Assembly (NCBI GenBank): GCA_963728565.1
Contig: CAVSLC010000014.1
Span: 32,001 to 96,000, forward strand
Source of the DNA: an uncultured delta proteobacterium
GTDB lineage: Bacteria; Desulfobacterota; Binatia; UBA9968
Length of the DNA stretch: 64,000 nucleotides
Direction: 5' to 3'
In this document: positions 27,697-39,537 of the stretch, piece after piece
Position numbering within the stretch: the stretch's first letter is position 1
How the letters are laid out: each line of letters opens with the position of its first letter
Position numbers and translations under genes: made by a program
The notes under the pieces: model-generated
Database searches by the model: none
The model's input: the letters and a program-made list of their open reading frames with translations, nothing else
Told to the model about the DNA's origin: nothing

Positions 27697-29193
27697 TCAC
27701 AAGTTTTCAAACCGGAAAAAGTGATAGCCCCAAGGAATTAAATTTACGTACAATCCCGGATCTAGCATTTCACCGCCGTCACGTTCATAACTCTCGCTCG
27801 AAAATTGATCGAGCAGGCGCCAGATTTTCCCTCGAATTTCACCTTCTACCGCTTGAACACGGCCTTGAGCCGGGCTATCGCTGAAATTGATGACGATGAG
27901 ATAACGATCGGTCTCGTTAGTCCAACTCCACCCAAGGAGGTTTTGATAACTTGGATTGTCCGGCCAGCCGGTGCAGTGGCAGAGACTCCACTTGCCTTCT
28001 CTGAAAGCCGGCGCTTCGATGACCTTCAGGAGCTTTGAGTAGAAAACTCGTATCGGCTGATTTACGGGTTCCGCGGCTCGCCTCCTGAGAAAGACAGGCA
28101 CTCTTATCCGTCTTCCTTCCAATTGGCCTTCGTGTAACAGTTTTGCGCCCGGCAGCGTTGCCATCGTCACCGCGGCCGCACGTTCTTTAGGGAACGGGAA
28201 TGCAACGGCAGCGCGTTGTTCGTCGTGATTTTCGATGAAGCGTAGGAGCTTTCTCTGGTACTCAATATCCGCGGACAGCTGAGATCTTACTGCGGCCGTG
28301 TTGCCCTGGATGAGATGGTCGTAGAGCCGCTTGTCATAACAGTAATCGAATCCTTGTTGCTGTAATTCCCGCTCTCGATCCCAGTATGCCTCGGCGATAA
28401 ACAAAAACTCCGGAGAGCTGTTCTTGACGGCGGCAATCAAGTCGGCCCAGTACTCGGTCGTAGGTTTGAGTCCGGCGCGGCTGCCCCAGGTGCGCTCAAA
28501 AATAGAGTTTAGGAAAAGCATCGCCATGTCGCAGCGAACGCCATCGCACTGACTAGCGATGTTTGCGACAGTTTCAACTGCTGCTTGACGAGATCCTGGA
28601 TGAAAGGCATTCAGTTGCAACACATCCTGCCATGCCGGGAAATGGGGATCTCGGCCGCAAGCAAATACCTTTCCGTTTACCTCGACGAAGGACTGAGGGG
28701 TGTCCTTGGCATCCTGCGGATTTCCCTGGATGAAATATTCGGGATGTTCGATGACCCAAGGGTGGTCTAGCGCTACATGGTTCGGGACAAAGTCTAGGAC
28801 CAAGCGAATGCCCCGCTTCGCCAACTCTCGCCGGGCGACCGTCAGTCCTTCGGGTCCGCCCAGACACTGATCGACATCGTAACGGCGCACGCTGTATGCA
28901 GATCCGATGTTGTCCGGTGGCTGGAAATCCGCTAACGATCGCTTAAATTCGTCGAGCAGGCTCTGGTTGCGATTGGCCATGGCGATACTGGCAGGGCTGC
29001 GTCGCCAAACTCCCATTAACCAAACCGCATCGAATCCGTAGCGGGCGACGCGGTCCCATTCCGACGAGGGCACGGAACCCAAGTTCACAGAGCGGCCGGT
29101 TTTCTCGCTCAGCTCGAACAGCCAGACCAGAGTATTGATTTCGTAGACGGTGGGATAGCGTGGCCGGAATGACATCGTCATTAGTTCTGTCAC
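27697..29193 (-). CDS. GH13 alpha-amylase family protein
   Basis: LDFVPNH, DGVRCDMA, FIAEAYW and FIENHDE are the four GH13 conserved regions. Confidence 0.9.
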   Translation of the reverse strand: MTELMTMSFRPRYPTVYEINTLVWLFELSEKTGRSVNLGSVPSSEWDRVARYGFDAVWLMGVWRRSPASIAMANRNQSLLDEFKRSLADFQPPDNIGSAYSVRRYDVDQCLGGPEGLTVARRELAKRGIRLVLDFVPNHVALDHPWVIEHPEYFIQGNPQDAKDTPQSFVEVNGKVFACGRDPHFPAWQDVLQLNAFHPGSRQAAVETVANIASQCDGVRCDMAMLFLNSIFERTWGSRAGLKPTTEYWADLIAAVKNSSPEFLFIAEAYWDRERELQQQGFDYCYDKRLYDHLIQGNTAAVRSQLSADIEYQRKLLRFIENHDEQRAAVAFPFPKERAAAVTMATLPGAKLLHEGQLEGRRIRVPVFLRRRAAEPVNQPIRVFYSKLLKVIEAPAFREGKWSLCHCTGWPDNPSYQNLLGWSWTNETDRYLIVINFSDSPAQGRVQAVEGEIRGKIWRLLDQFSSESYERDGGEMLDPGLYVNLIPWGYHFFRFENL

Positions 29194-29537
29194 AGCTCCG
29201 ATGCAACTGCGAGGAGCTTTATCAATTCACGCGCATGACCTGCAACGTCCCGGCGACGCTTTGATGGATGAAGGTTAAAGGTGGCTAACCGGTCAAAGAA
29301 CGTCCCGCTGTAAGCCTTGGGCATAACCAGAATCAGAAGCGAATGACAATTGGAGACCGCATCGGAATCGAAGCGGCGGCCCAGGCAAAGTGTATGCAAA
29401 TGCCGGAAGGCTACAATGCTTTCAATGAATTGAAAAACGGCCGCAGCGATTGAACGTCAAATCGGACGAGATGAACGAGGAATCCACGTTGCCTCATTTT
29501 CCGTCCGTTGTACTAGTGGATGTGACCAGATTGAAGG

Positions 29538-29584
29538 TTTGGAGCGGGCGACCGGGGTCGAACCGGCGACGTCCAGCTTGGGAA
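29538..29584 (-). repeat. att site: 47-bp copy of the 3' part of tRNA-Gly
   Basis: TTTGGAGCGGGCGACCGGGGTCGAACCGGCGACGTCCAGCTTGGGAA is identical to 50050-50096. Confidence 0.95.
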
Positions 29585-29737
29585 TTTTCTATTGAAAAGG
29601 ATGTTTTTTGTTTTGTGAGCGCGCACTTATCTCAGGTTTTGCGCTCTCAAACCCTTTTTCCTGAGTTTAGTGATTTCAACTAGTTTCAAGCCTTCCACTT
29701 TGGTCTTGGGCACGTTTTGGGCATGCGGTTTTCATAA

Positions 29738-30367
29738 ATGCTGACACGGAAAACTGCCAGCTACCTGGAATTGTTGGCGGAGGATTTCGTGGAAGACAGC
29801 AGAACAGCGCAGCTGGCAAGGCAAATCTATAGGCGTCATAAGAAAGCATTAGATTACATTCTAGAATGCCGCGAAGACCCTATCTCTGAATTATCTGCTG
29901 CCATGCAGGATATATTGACCGCCTCGGAAAGCGAATTTGGGATCCTAATGGCAACATCATATAAGGGTTATGTTCGTTTTCTCCCAACTGAATGGGCCGT
30001 TCCCCAAAATATTGGAGGCACAGCTTGGGGACCTAATAGCCGATTCGTCTGCTGTGAGGTTTACTTCTGGTCTAAAACCGTCGAACTTCACATAGTCGTC
30101 GGAAAGGCTCCAGAATACTGGGCTGATCTAGTCTGGGCCGCCGCGGCCAAGCCGCCGTTTAAACAGGAATGGAAGCAGCGACCGGCCCAGTACATCAAGC
30201 CGTTTAAAGCTAGGTCTGAGATCCCGGTCAAGTCACTTGTTGAAATGGCCCCTGAAGATAGGCGGTCTCGGCTTTTGGAATGGATTCAGCGTGAACTGAA
30301 AGATGCACGCTTTCGCCAGGCAGTAGAAAAAATACGCGATCTTCTTGCAGAACTCAGAACCCAGTGA
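29738..30367 (+). pseudogene. C-terminal part of a PD-(D/E)XK nuclease-family protein (N-terminus missing)
   Basis: Y.ELL.EDFVEDS..A.LARQIYRRHKKALDYILE resembles the C-terminal region of PDDEXK_4-type proteins; no catalytic domain between it and the att site. Confidence 0.5.
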
Positions 30368-30486
30368 GCATTGGGTTACGATAATGTTCGTGGCCGCAAT
30401 CAGCTCACCTTATCGGCGGCTGGGCTCCTGGTGACATCACATGACGTGCCGCGCATGTTCACGCACCGCCAAGACGGGACTCCATC

Positions 30487-30936
30487 ATGAAGAACCCTAC
30501 TGATAGATACAAAGCGCATGCGCAGCGCGTTCGGCGCGAGGCATGCCGCATGGCGCGCAAGGGCTCACCAGGACCTCCTGTAATCATTCCGAGACAGCGT
30601 GTTTCCCGAGATGAGGTTCAGCAGAAGACCGCTGGAAACTGTCACATGTGCGGGGATCGTCTCAAGCCCGGGTTTCAGATCGGCCATGTGAAGCCTTACC
30701 GACGCGGTGGACGATGCACCGTCAAGAACTGCCTCCCGATCTGCGCCGAGTGCAATCGGCTTAGATGGAGTTACCCACCTCGATTACTCCGTTTCATGCT
30801 CCTCTTCGGCCGCTATGCAAAGCAGGAGATCCGAGGCAAGAACGGAAAACCCACAGAAGTCGGTGAACGATTGCTTGAGCTCCACGTCAGGAATACCTGG
30901 AGGAATAGCAAAAGGAGCCGTAGGGAGGGGAGCTGA
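30487..30936 (+). CDS. HNH endonuclease
   Basis: CHMCG...HVKPYRRGG....NCLPICAECNRLR (CxxC, H, N, CxxCN). Confidence 0.85.
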   Translation: MKNPTDRYKAHAQRVRREACRMARKGSPGPPVIIPRQRVSRDEVQQKTAGNCHMCGDRLKPGFQIGHVKPYRRGGRCTVKNCLPICAECNRLRWSYPPRLLRFMLLFGRYAKQEIRGKNGKPTEVGERLLELHVRNTWRNSKRSRREGS

Positions 30937-31373
30937 CGGCACTCCTCGCCATCGGCTTCAGTTCGAAACCCCTTTGTTGAAGCGGCGATCAGAGAAGTTC
31001 CGCCGCCAGCGACTAGCCGGAACTCGAATCAGGCGACCGGATGAGCCCTGATAGCGAAAGTACTCTGATCGAACCATCCGATACGAGGATTGCAGGTTCT
31101 CGTAGCATCTGTAACCAGCCCACAATAAAGAACAATTTACTAGCTTTGCCACTACTTTGTCGCATTAGAATTCCGGGCAAATTCGAATAGAACTGTCTCT
31201 GCGAGATTCGAATCGCGCTAAATCACGAGACGGTGACGTGCATCGCTGTCTGTTCGGAGACACTGGAGGTCCATACTTATAGATAAGCACACGCCGGGCG
31301 ATTTCTTCTTTAGGAATCCTGCTATATTGTACCGCTCAAGTCGTTTTGATCGAGTGGGATAAAAGGAGCAAGA

Positions 31374-32381
31374 ATGCAAGGTTGTTTAACTTTTATTGTG
31401 ACGGTAATCGGCATTTGTGTTTCAGCGTCAGTCTTCGCACAGGACACGAAACTAATTGAGGCAGCGAAAAAGGAGGGCGGGAAAGTCATCCTCTATGGCT
31501 CTCTTGAGCCGGATACGACGGAGTTCATCATAAAAAGCTTCGAGAAGAGGACCGGCCTCAAAGTCGAATATTGGCGAGCGTCGACAACCAAAGTTGTAGA
31601 TCGAGCCCTCAGTGAGTATAGAGCCAAAAAGGCGATGGTTGACGTCATTCTTGTGCACGACGCTGAGATGCGCCTCCTCTTCAAAGAGAAAGTCGTCAGC
31701 CGCTACGACTCGCCAATGTTTAAGGATTTTACGAAAGAGTCTGTGGACCCGCAATTGGGACCGCGATACCGCGATACGATCATCGGGATCGTCTATAACA
31801 AGAGCTTGATTAAGCCGGAGGAAGCACCAAAGTCGCTCGAAGATATTGTCAAACCTCAGTTTCGCGGCAAATTGGTCATGCCAGATCCTACTCAACACAT
31901 TACCACCACGTCGTGGGTGGCTAGTCTTCCGACAGTGATGGGAAAGGAAATGGCCGACAAGTTCGTTCGAGACTTAGCTGCGGCGAAACCGTTGTTCGTC
32001 GAAGGCTTGCTCCCTGCTGCCGAGCGCGTCAGCACGGGAGAAGCGGCAATTGGAGTTAGTTACATTAAATTTAGCTATCTATTCGGACTCAAGGGAGCCC
32101 CGTTGGATTACATGCGTTCTGACAGAATGTTGGGCGAGGGAAGCTACATTATGTTGGCAAGCAAGCCGGTTAGCTCGAATGCTGGAAAGTCGTTCATCGA
32201 CTTCTTTCTGGGTGATGAAAGCATGAAGATCATGGCGCAGCAGGGTGAATTCGTAACTCGAAAGGGAATCCATCCGCCAATTCCCGGGGCGGAGAAGATC
32301 AAGTTCATTGAAATGACGCACTTCGATCAAAACGGCCTCGCGGAGAAGAGAAAAGAATATCAGAAAATATTCTTGCAGTAG
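31374..32381 (+). CDS. Extracellular solute-binding protein, paralogue of 15202..16218
   Basis: Signal peptide, EAAKKEGGKV, KVEYWRAS, YNKSL...APKSLED, GEFV. Confidence 0.87.
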   Translation: MQGCLTFIVTVIGICVSASVFAQDTKLIEAAKKEGGKVILYGSLEPDTTEFIIKSFEKRTGLKVEYWRASTTKVVDRALSEYRAKKAMVDVILVHDAEMRLLFKEKVVSRYDSPMFKDFTKESVDPQLGPRYRDTIIGIVYNKSLIKPEEAPKSLEDIVKPQFRGKLVMPDPTQHITTTSWVASLPTVMGKEMADKFVRDLAAAKPLFVEGLLPAAERVSTGEAAIGVSYIKFSYLFGLKGAPLDYMRSDRMLGEGSYIMLASKPVSSNAGKSFIDFFLGDESMKIMAQQGEFVTRKGIHPPIPGAEKIKFIEMTHFDQNGLAEKRKEYQKIFLQ

Positions 32382-33154
32382 TTAGGCCAGGCAGCATTTC
32401 CGCTGACCTGTCAATCCGGGGTGGCAGAACGGACATCAACTTTGTTCTCGTGTTTAGCCGTCAATTCCGTTTTGCTCAACTCACTACGTGCTCCGACCTC
32501 CTGAACACAAATAACAGGTTTGCGTGCTGGGCTAACAGATCTTTTCGTACGCCTGCATCCGAACTACCGTCCGGGAGCTTCGGCTAAATGACCCGTCCAT
32601 CCTCCTGTGCACCGTTATGTTCGACTTGTTAGTCGACGAGGTGGGTTCTGATCTCGCTGATCAATTGAGGATTGAGGCTGTCCGGAGGCCACAACGGCTG
32701 CCCTGATGAGCACGATATGGAGGAACCGTTCTTGAATGAGTAAACTCCAGACTAATCGACAACCAGACGGTGCCGAATCGCCGGTAATTTCTGACGTATC
32801 CGCCTTGGGTCCCTCTAGTTGAGGCACTCTCCATCCACCGGGGTTTTGCATGAATCGAATCGACCCACACGAAATTGGAGATCCTCGTGTCGGCCGTTTC
32901 GATCGCGCTGCTAGTAGGTTTAGCTGCTTGAGAGCTTCGATTTCTCGGGTACTCGAAGAAATTATCTAAACATCTGACCCTGAGCCGAAAAAATTTAGCA
33001 TGCTGCGGAAAAACCTAATATTGCAGTAAGTGCGAATTGATCTGATACAGGCCGAGGAGGAATTATCCGAGATCGAAATACAGTTTCTGTGATAGCTAAA
33101 GACTTACCCTGCTAATTGTCTCCTCTATCCACCGCACCTTACATTTGCATACGA

Positions 33155-34162
33155 TTATTGTGTAACCGGCTTCTGTTTGTATAGCTGCTTGATAAGCCCG
33201 GAAGATTCTAGCTCCTGGACAAAGCTCATATCCACATACGATTTAAGATCGACAGAGGTTGCTCTCGGGTCTGTGACCGCCAAGTCATCCATGAAAGTTT
33301 TCACCCCCCGACAGTCGGGTAAGGGGCTTCAGGGAAAATCCCTCTATACGCATTATAAGCTCGCTCTAATCCTTCCTGGTCATCGATTCTCAACCTCTTC
33401 GCAATAATCGCCTTTGTTCCTTCCTTATTGGTCTTGATGAAGTGAATAGCTTCCACCATCGCTCGAGTATAACGCGCTATGACTGGTCTCCTGGCCTTTA
33501 TGACGGATTCACGGGTGTGCGATGCATTCCAGTGAAACGGGATTTTTAAAGAGCCTATATCGAGAAAATCTTTTAAGTTGAGCCTTTCCGCTTCTCGCAC
33601 GAACGGCTCGGGCATATGGGTAAAGTGGGCGACCCCCTGGGAAATTGCTGCGAGCCGTTCCGGATTGCCTCCCCTTGGCACAAGCTTTACATCTTTGTTC
33701 GGATCGAGACCCAGCTTTCTCAGCGTTAATTTAATGCCGAGTTCAGACGATGTCCCGGCCCGGTTCACAGCTCCGACCCTGCCTTTCAGCTGTTCTATCT
33801 TCGTAATGCTTGGATGCGTGATCAAATTATTTACTAAGTTGGTATCAGACCCATGATCATAACGGTGTCACCGCCTGCCAGACGTGAGACAAGATTAGTA
33901 ACTGATCCTATGATCACGTCTACTTCTCCGGATAAGAGTACCTGAACCGCAGTAGAACTAGCGGCGATACTAATTATTTCACCGTCTATCCCATGTTTCT
34001 TTAGCAAGCCCTTTTCTTCCACAACCCAGATAGGGGTGTGGGCCGGGCTTGAACCAGACCAGGCGATTCTCAAACGGTCTTGGCCCATAGCTTGATCAGC
34101 AATCAATAAGAATACTATTAGAACAAACCAAAACCGGCAGATGTTCTGACCGTCTGCGACAT
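33155..34162 (-). CDS. NitT/TauT substrate-binding protein; frameshifted
   Basis: PIWV..EKGLLKKHGID, LKGRVGAVNR.G, GLDPNKDV, APYPT across ORFs 33834, 33301 and a third frame. Confidence 0.8.
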
Positions 34163-34182
34163 AGAGTATACCTCGTAAACAG

Positions 34183-34225
34183 TCGGGCGTGTTCCTTGAA
34201 TCACTCATTCAAGGAACACGCCCGA
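34183..34225. terminator. Perfect 19-bp stem-loop between co-oriented genes (terminator or mRNA-stabilising hairpin)
   Basis: TCGGGCGTGTTCCTTGAAT-CACTC-ATTCAAGGAACACGCCCGA. Confidence 0.6.
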
Positions 34226-34244
34226 GTTAATGCCAAACCGAGAA

Positions 34245-35112
34245 TCAGTATCCAGCAACAGCTCGGACCGGAGTAGGCTTCTCTTCTGAGAATCCCTGCT
34301 TGAGCCACCATTCTGCCATCTCAGTACCTGTGACGAACCAAACCCCTTCATGGCTCTTCATGTATTCAATCATCTCGCGAAGGGCACTCGCTCGTCCGAG
34401 GCGGCTCGAAACATACGGACTTAATCGGAAGGTCGTGAACGTCGGCGCGATTGAGGATTCTCCATAGAGCTCATTGAAGAATCGTTTCCAGAGCGTCAGC
34501 GCATTGTCAGGATGATCTCCTGCACGGTTTTCATGGCCGTAAAGGCGGCCGTCTCCAAATGGTTGCCGTGGCAGTTCAACGAGGCTCGATTTGCCGTTGC
34601 TCCATACAAATGGGATATCATCGGCAAAGGAATTGCTGTTCCACAAGTATCCTTCTTCCATCAACAGCTCGACAGTATTGTCGCTCTGGGTGCAAGTACG
34701 CCAGCCGATCGGAGTCTTGCCGGTCACTTTTTCCAAGATGTCGGTTGTTCGACGGACGACGTCTTTTTCCTCGGTTCGCGAAAGGTCTCGCGCGATCTCA
34801 TGATGGAAGCCGTGCCCCGCAATTTCATGTCCTTGCTCGGCAATAGCTTTAGTAGCCTCCGGATATTCGTTGGGCAATCCCTCCACAGGTTAAAAATGTT
34901 GTCTTAACTTTAACCTCCTCAAGGACTCGCAGTATGCGCCAAATACCCGTTTTCGGACCGTATTCACCCTCGGCATAATCTTCATTGTTCATCTTGCCGC
35001 TAGGAAGAGGCCTGACGGGTTCGCCTCCTTGAAAGTCGAAGGTAATGGCAACGGCTACTCGACAGTTGTTGGGCCAGAAATAATTTTGTTTCGCATGGAG
35101 CTCTTTGAGCAC
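34245..35112 (-). CDS. Polysaccharide deacetylase family protein; frameshift near 34880
   Basis: WPNNCRVAVAITFDF, EYGPKTGIWRIL, GHEIAGHGFHHE, GWR, DDIP; RBS AGGAGG. Confidence 0.83.
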
Positions 35113-35135
35113 GTCTGAACCTCCTATGGTCAATT

Positions 35136-35151
35136 GAACAAACGTTTGCGC
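35136..35151. promoter_or_regulatory. LacI-family operator
   Basis: GCGCAAACGTTTGTTC on the minus strand, core CAAACGTTTG; lies between the LacI gene and the deacetylase start. Confidence 0.6.
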
Positions 35152-35176
35152 AAAGGATTATTGACTCATATTAACC

Positions 35177-35194
35177 TTTGACATGGATGTCAAA
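35177..35194. promoter_or_regulatory. Palindrome TTTGACAT-GG-ATGTCAAA overlapping a TTGACA -35 element
   Basis: Perfect 8-bp inverted repeat; TTGACA on both strands. Confidence 0.45.
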
Positions 35195-35226
35195 TGACCC
35201 GGGAAAGAAAAAGCCGCGTCGTATGT

Positions 35227-36278
35227 TCAGAGATCACGGGGGGCAGAACTTGATTCACGGAGTACTAGTTCTACAGGCAGAACTAAATGGATTCGTCCAA
35301 GATCGGACGATGCTTGCGTTGACATAAGCTTGATCAATTGCTCGGTCGCCAGCCTTCCTACGTCATAAAAAGGATACCTAATTGTAGTAAGAGAAGGCTG
35401 CACGTATTTCGCAAGAGGTACATCATCACATCCTATGACGGACAAGTCGGCCGGTACATGAACTCCCAATCGATGCGCAACGGCAAGAACTCCCAAAGCG
35501 ACGAGATCGTTGGCTGTGAAAATAGCCGTCGGATTTCCTTCAGAGGATTTCATGAGTTCAATGAGCGCGTGCTCCCCCGCCCTCTCGTCCATACCACCGG
35601 TCGGAATTTGGTGTACGATCTCGGGCAACTCCAACGATTGCATGGTTTCCCGATATCCGGCCAGTCGGCTGGCCGTGCGACTGATCTCTTCAGAGCCCGC
35701 AATGTGAGCAATTTTTCGGTGCCCTAGCCGGGCCAGGTACTCGACAGCTAACTGTGCGCCCCGCCGATCATCAGGTATGACAGAGGCATCCTCATCAGTG
35801 TCCCGTCGACGATTCATCAAGACATACGGCAAACGCCTGGAACTGAGTTTTCCAATCGGCACATCAGTACGATGAGCGGTAGCAATCAGTAAACCATCAA
35901 CGTGGCCATCGCTCAGAGCGTCCAAATGCTCCTGAAAGCGCAATTCGCTGTCACCCGTGTTGCAGAGTATTACGTGATAGCCGGCAGCGGACGCGACGTC
36001 ATCAACCGACCTAAACAGCGCCGAAAAAGAGGGTTCGTTATGTCGGGGATCAACATCCCAATGACCTGACTGCGTTGATATCTTAGCGAGCGAGCCAGAC
36101 GATTTGGGCGATATCCCGTCTGTGATGCAATATTTAGGATGCGAATCCGGCTTGGCTCGGAAATGCGTAGATTTGGATCACGATTCAATACACGTGAAAC
36201 CGTTGATGGACTCACTCCTGCCAGCGCGGCGATCTTCCGCAATGTTATAGGACTTTCTACTTTGTTTGGAGTTTCCAC
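35227..36278 (-). CDS. LacI-family transcriptional regulator; frameshift near 36020
   Basis: ITLRKIAALAGVSPSTVSRVLN, GYRPNRLARSL, PTAIFTAND, VPADLSVIG.DD, PSLTTI, LVLRES. Confidence 0.9.
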
Positions 36279-36453
36279 GATAATTCCAGCGTTGGATTCG
36301 ATTCTGCTTTTACATGTGTGACTGGGCCACGCAGCTCCGCAACATGTCGGTAGCGAACGTGGGATCTTGATATCCGAGTGTTCGTGTTATCAAGTAGCTC
36401 TCGGGCAGGGATCTTTAACTTGAGAACGCAAACAATTGAAAATCCTAACGCTC

Positions 36454-36990
36454 CTACCGCTCAGCTGCTACCCTAAACTTTCGCTGCGCCTTAACGATAT
36501 TACCCCACAAATTTTTCCAGAAGTAGGTTATTGGAAACCGTTTGAAGCCGGTGATGCGCAAATCCGCGGCCAGGCACGCATCGAGCAGTTCTTCGCGGCT
36601 GTAGCGGTTCGCCTGCCATAGCCGCTCAATAAGTATTCGGTTGAGCCGGTTCTTGCGGGTGAGGGAAGAGAAGCAGCCAACCATTAGGAGCAAGGCACGC
36701 ACGCAAAGTCCGTAGCGCTGATGTCCTCCCCGCCTCGATGGAGCGCATACACCCTAAATGAATCGCAACGACACGAGGACTTTCTATTCTCGTAGCATCT
36801 TCAGCTGCCAGAAAACTCAACGTAAATTATGTGCTTTGCCATTGCTTTGCCTGAACCGTTCAACGAATGCGATAGCCTGCTTTCGGTTCAAATATCCGTG
36901 CTCCTCAAACCTGCTACAGAAGTTCCACTTCCGGTACCCAGCGCCCTAATAGCGTAACACTCGTCAGATTGATATCGTTGGCGTCACTGT
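36454..36990 (-). pseudogene. Degraded class I SAM-dependent methyltransferase
   Basis: Fragments LGTGSGT (~36920-36942) and ALRTLRACLAPNGWLLL in different frames, with stops. Confidence 0.4.
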
Positions 36991-37056
36991 CGATGAATTT
37001 TGTTTACATCGTATTTAACACAGATTAGAACCATCTGAAGAGCGGTGGAAAACAGG

Positions 37057-37626
37057 ATGACCCCGAAAGAGCTGATTGCAACCATCAGACACGACGTAAC
37101 GGACACAAAAGAGAAAGGACTATCTTCATACCGGTAGAGAATCTATTCGCCTACTTGGAGGAATTGGAGAATAACTCAAAACATCCAGCCGACCAACTCA
37201 TGCTGCCTCAAGACTTGGAACGATATAAAGCCGAATTAGAGGCGTGGCGGTCGGATAGAACTGAATTATTGACTTGCGGTAACTTTAGCTGCTCAAAATG
37301 CTCTGAAAAGTGCGATGTTGATTAATGGCGGTGCGGCAGTTGCGCTGCTCGCCTTCATCGGTCACGTCTGGACACCGCACGGCTCGCCTCTCCTGAAAGC
37401 GATAGCAGGCACCCTGATCTGGTTTGTCATCGGAGTTTTGCTCGACGCCATCTCCGCCGCATGTTTCTACTTCACGCAATGGTCCTATGCAACGTCCGAT
37501 GATTCAGGAGATAAGTATTTCATAGCGGCAGTGATTTTTCATGTCTCGGCAGTTTTGCTTGTCCTGACCTCTTACGGGACCTTCGCATATGGAACATTCC
37601 TAGTCTACTGCGCATTAATCAAGTGA
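37057..37626 (+). CDS. Hypothetical membrane protein; frameshifted
   Basis: MTPKELI...ENLFAYLEELE...LERYKAELEAW, then AQNALKSAMLINGGAAVALLAFIG with three TM helices. Confidence 0.6.
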
Positions 37627-38567
37627 AGGCCGCATTTTGATGGATGTTCTAAAAGGAACAGGAAGCAATAGAAAGCTGGAAGGCATCACCAGAGCAAAAA
37701 GCAAGATACAATAGAGTCTTAGAATAAGGTACGAGGTGATGGGGCGAGTCGCTTGAATGAAGTTGGGCCGGCGGCAGGGAGGTCTAAATGATTTATTGGA
37801 TTCCTGTTCTGCCGCCTCACTCATGTTCGCGTATGAGACTTGCTTCACTGAGTCGACGCTGATGCTCGGAACTCGCTAACCACGCCATAAATGTTGAAAG
37901 TAGGTCAACGGATTAACGAACGAAGTCGGCGCCTTCAGCCCCATCAGGACATCTTCTGCGTCCCCGTCCTTTTGCAAGAGAAGCAGCCTGCATTACGCTC
38001 CCGGCGAATAGCCATCGTATCAGTAGAGGCGGGTTTATATCGGTGCGGCAGGCTACAAGTCAAAGCGAGTTTTTTGCTTGGTTAGTGGAACGGCCTTAAA
38101 GACCCAAGCGATCATTATTCTCTAGAAACTATAAATTTGCCGGCTCGAACTGGATAAAAAGATGTTCGGAAGTTCAGTTGCCGGTCTCCTTGTCGTCACG
38201 TCAGTGCTTTTGGTTAGGCGCAGGCGAAGAAACGTGTGCCGTCAAATGTCGTTAGCGCAGTCGGCGATGGTTTGCCCATTGCCGAATCTGCGGTGCGAAG
38301 CAGGACTAAGGGGCTCCACCGGGGGCGCCGTCAAGTTTTAAAGAATGCACGTCGCGGCAACGAGCATCATTGAAAGGTAGAAAGCCACAGAGGCGACACC
38401 TGTAAACGATGAATAAAACAATCTCAACTTAGGAAGCTCGCCGGCCCTAAAGCTTATGCACCGATAGTAGAGAGGTACAGAAGACGCGCGTAAAAAGCAT
38501 TCTCCACACAATGATATTCCTTTATCCTTATTGCCACTGAGACAAAGAGCTGAGAACGGAGTTATCT

Positions 38568-39537
38568 CTACAGTTTTTCGAAAAACCCTTCCGCCTCGAG
38601 CTCGTTCATCAGACTCTCATCGAGGACTTCGGCGGCCAGATTTTTGGTTTTTGCCGCAGGGGTCGTTTGCGCAAGCAACTCAACGGCATTTTGCAAACCC
38701 TGCCGATCGACCCTCGGAGGATAGGACAATTTCCCGGAAAAGAAGTTGAAAGTATCATCTAGCACGGCGGGATCCTGTCTTAAGACGCTTTCCATAAACC
38801 TGGAGCGCTCTTTTTTATTGCTCACAAGCGCGTGCACCCCCTCGCTAAAGGCTTGTAAAAATCGTTTGACTACCGGGCGATTCTTCTCCAAGAAGGCACG
38901 GCGAGTCATGATGACGTGCAGGGGAAAACGCGCCTTCAACTCGCTCAGGTCGGCGAGCAGATTAAAACCCATCTGTTGGGCTTTGGTCGACTCGGGAGGA
39001 GCCAGAACCGTCGCGTCGATGGCGCCGGCGGAGAGACCCACTAGACGACTCGATGCTCCGCCGCTGGGCAAAAGCGTGACTGACTGCCGCGGAATATTCC
39101 ATTCTCTTAGGGCCGAAGTGACGGCCAACTCGTTGGAGCCGCCAAAGTTGACGATACCCATCTTTTTACCGACCAAATCGGCAGGCTGCCTGATATTCTT
39201 CTGGGTTACGATACTGAAGGGAAACTTATTCAACGAACCGGTTATGATGACAATATCGGCTCCCTAGAGGCGGGCGTTCATTGCCGCCGTGCCATCTCCT
39301 TGCGGCGAATTGCGTGGTTCCACCGACCAACGCTTGGATGCCGCGCGAGCTGCCAGCGATCATCACCACTTCCGCGCTCAGGCCATACTTGTCCAGTAGA
39401 CCTAAATCTTTGGCGGCCCACACCGGAGCCTGAAAGCCGGAAACGCCGCCGTAGCTGATCGTGTAGGTCTCGTTGGCTGGCGATATGGAGGGAGTAACCA
39501 AGCACAAGGCCAGAAAAGCGATTTGAGCCATTTTCAT
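38568..39537 (-). CDS. NitT/TauT substrate-binding protein; frameshifted
   Basis: Signal peptide, PVWAAKDLGL..KYGL, DLVGKKMGIVNFGG, GAIDATVL.PP. Confidence 0.82.

Noticed and set aside
29538-29584. Second tRNA-Gly gene
   Set aside because: Only the 3' part is present; the D-arm and 5' acceptor strand are missing, so it is an att repeat.
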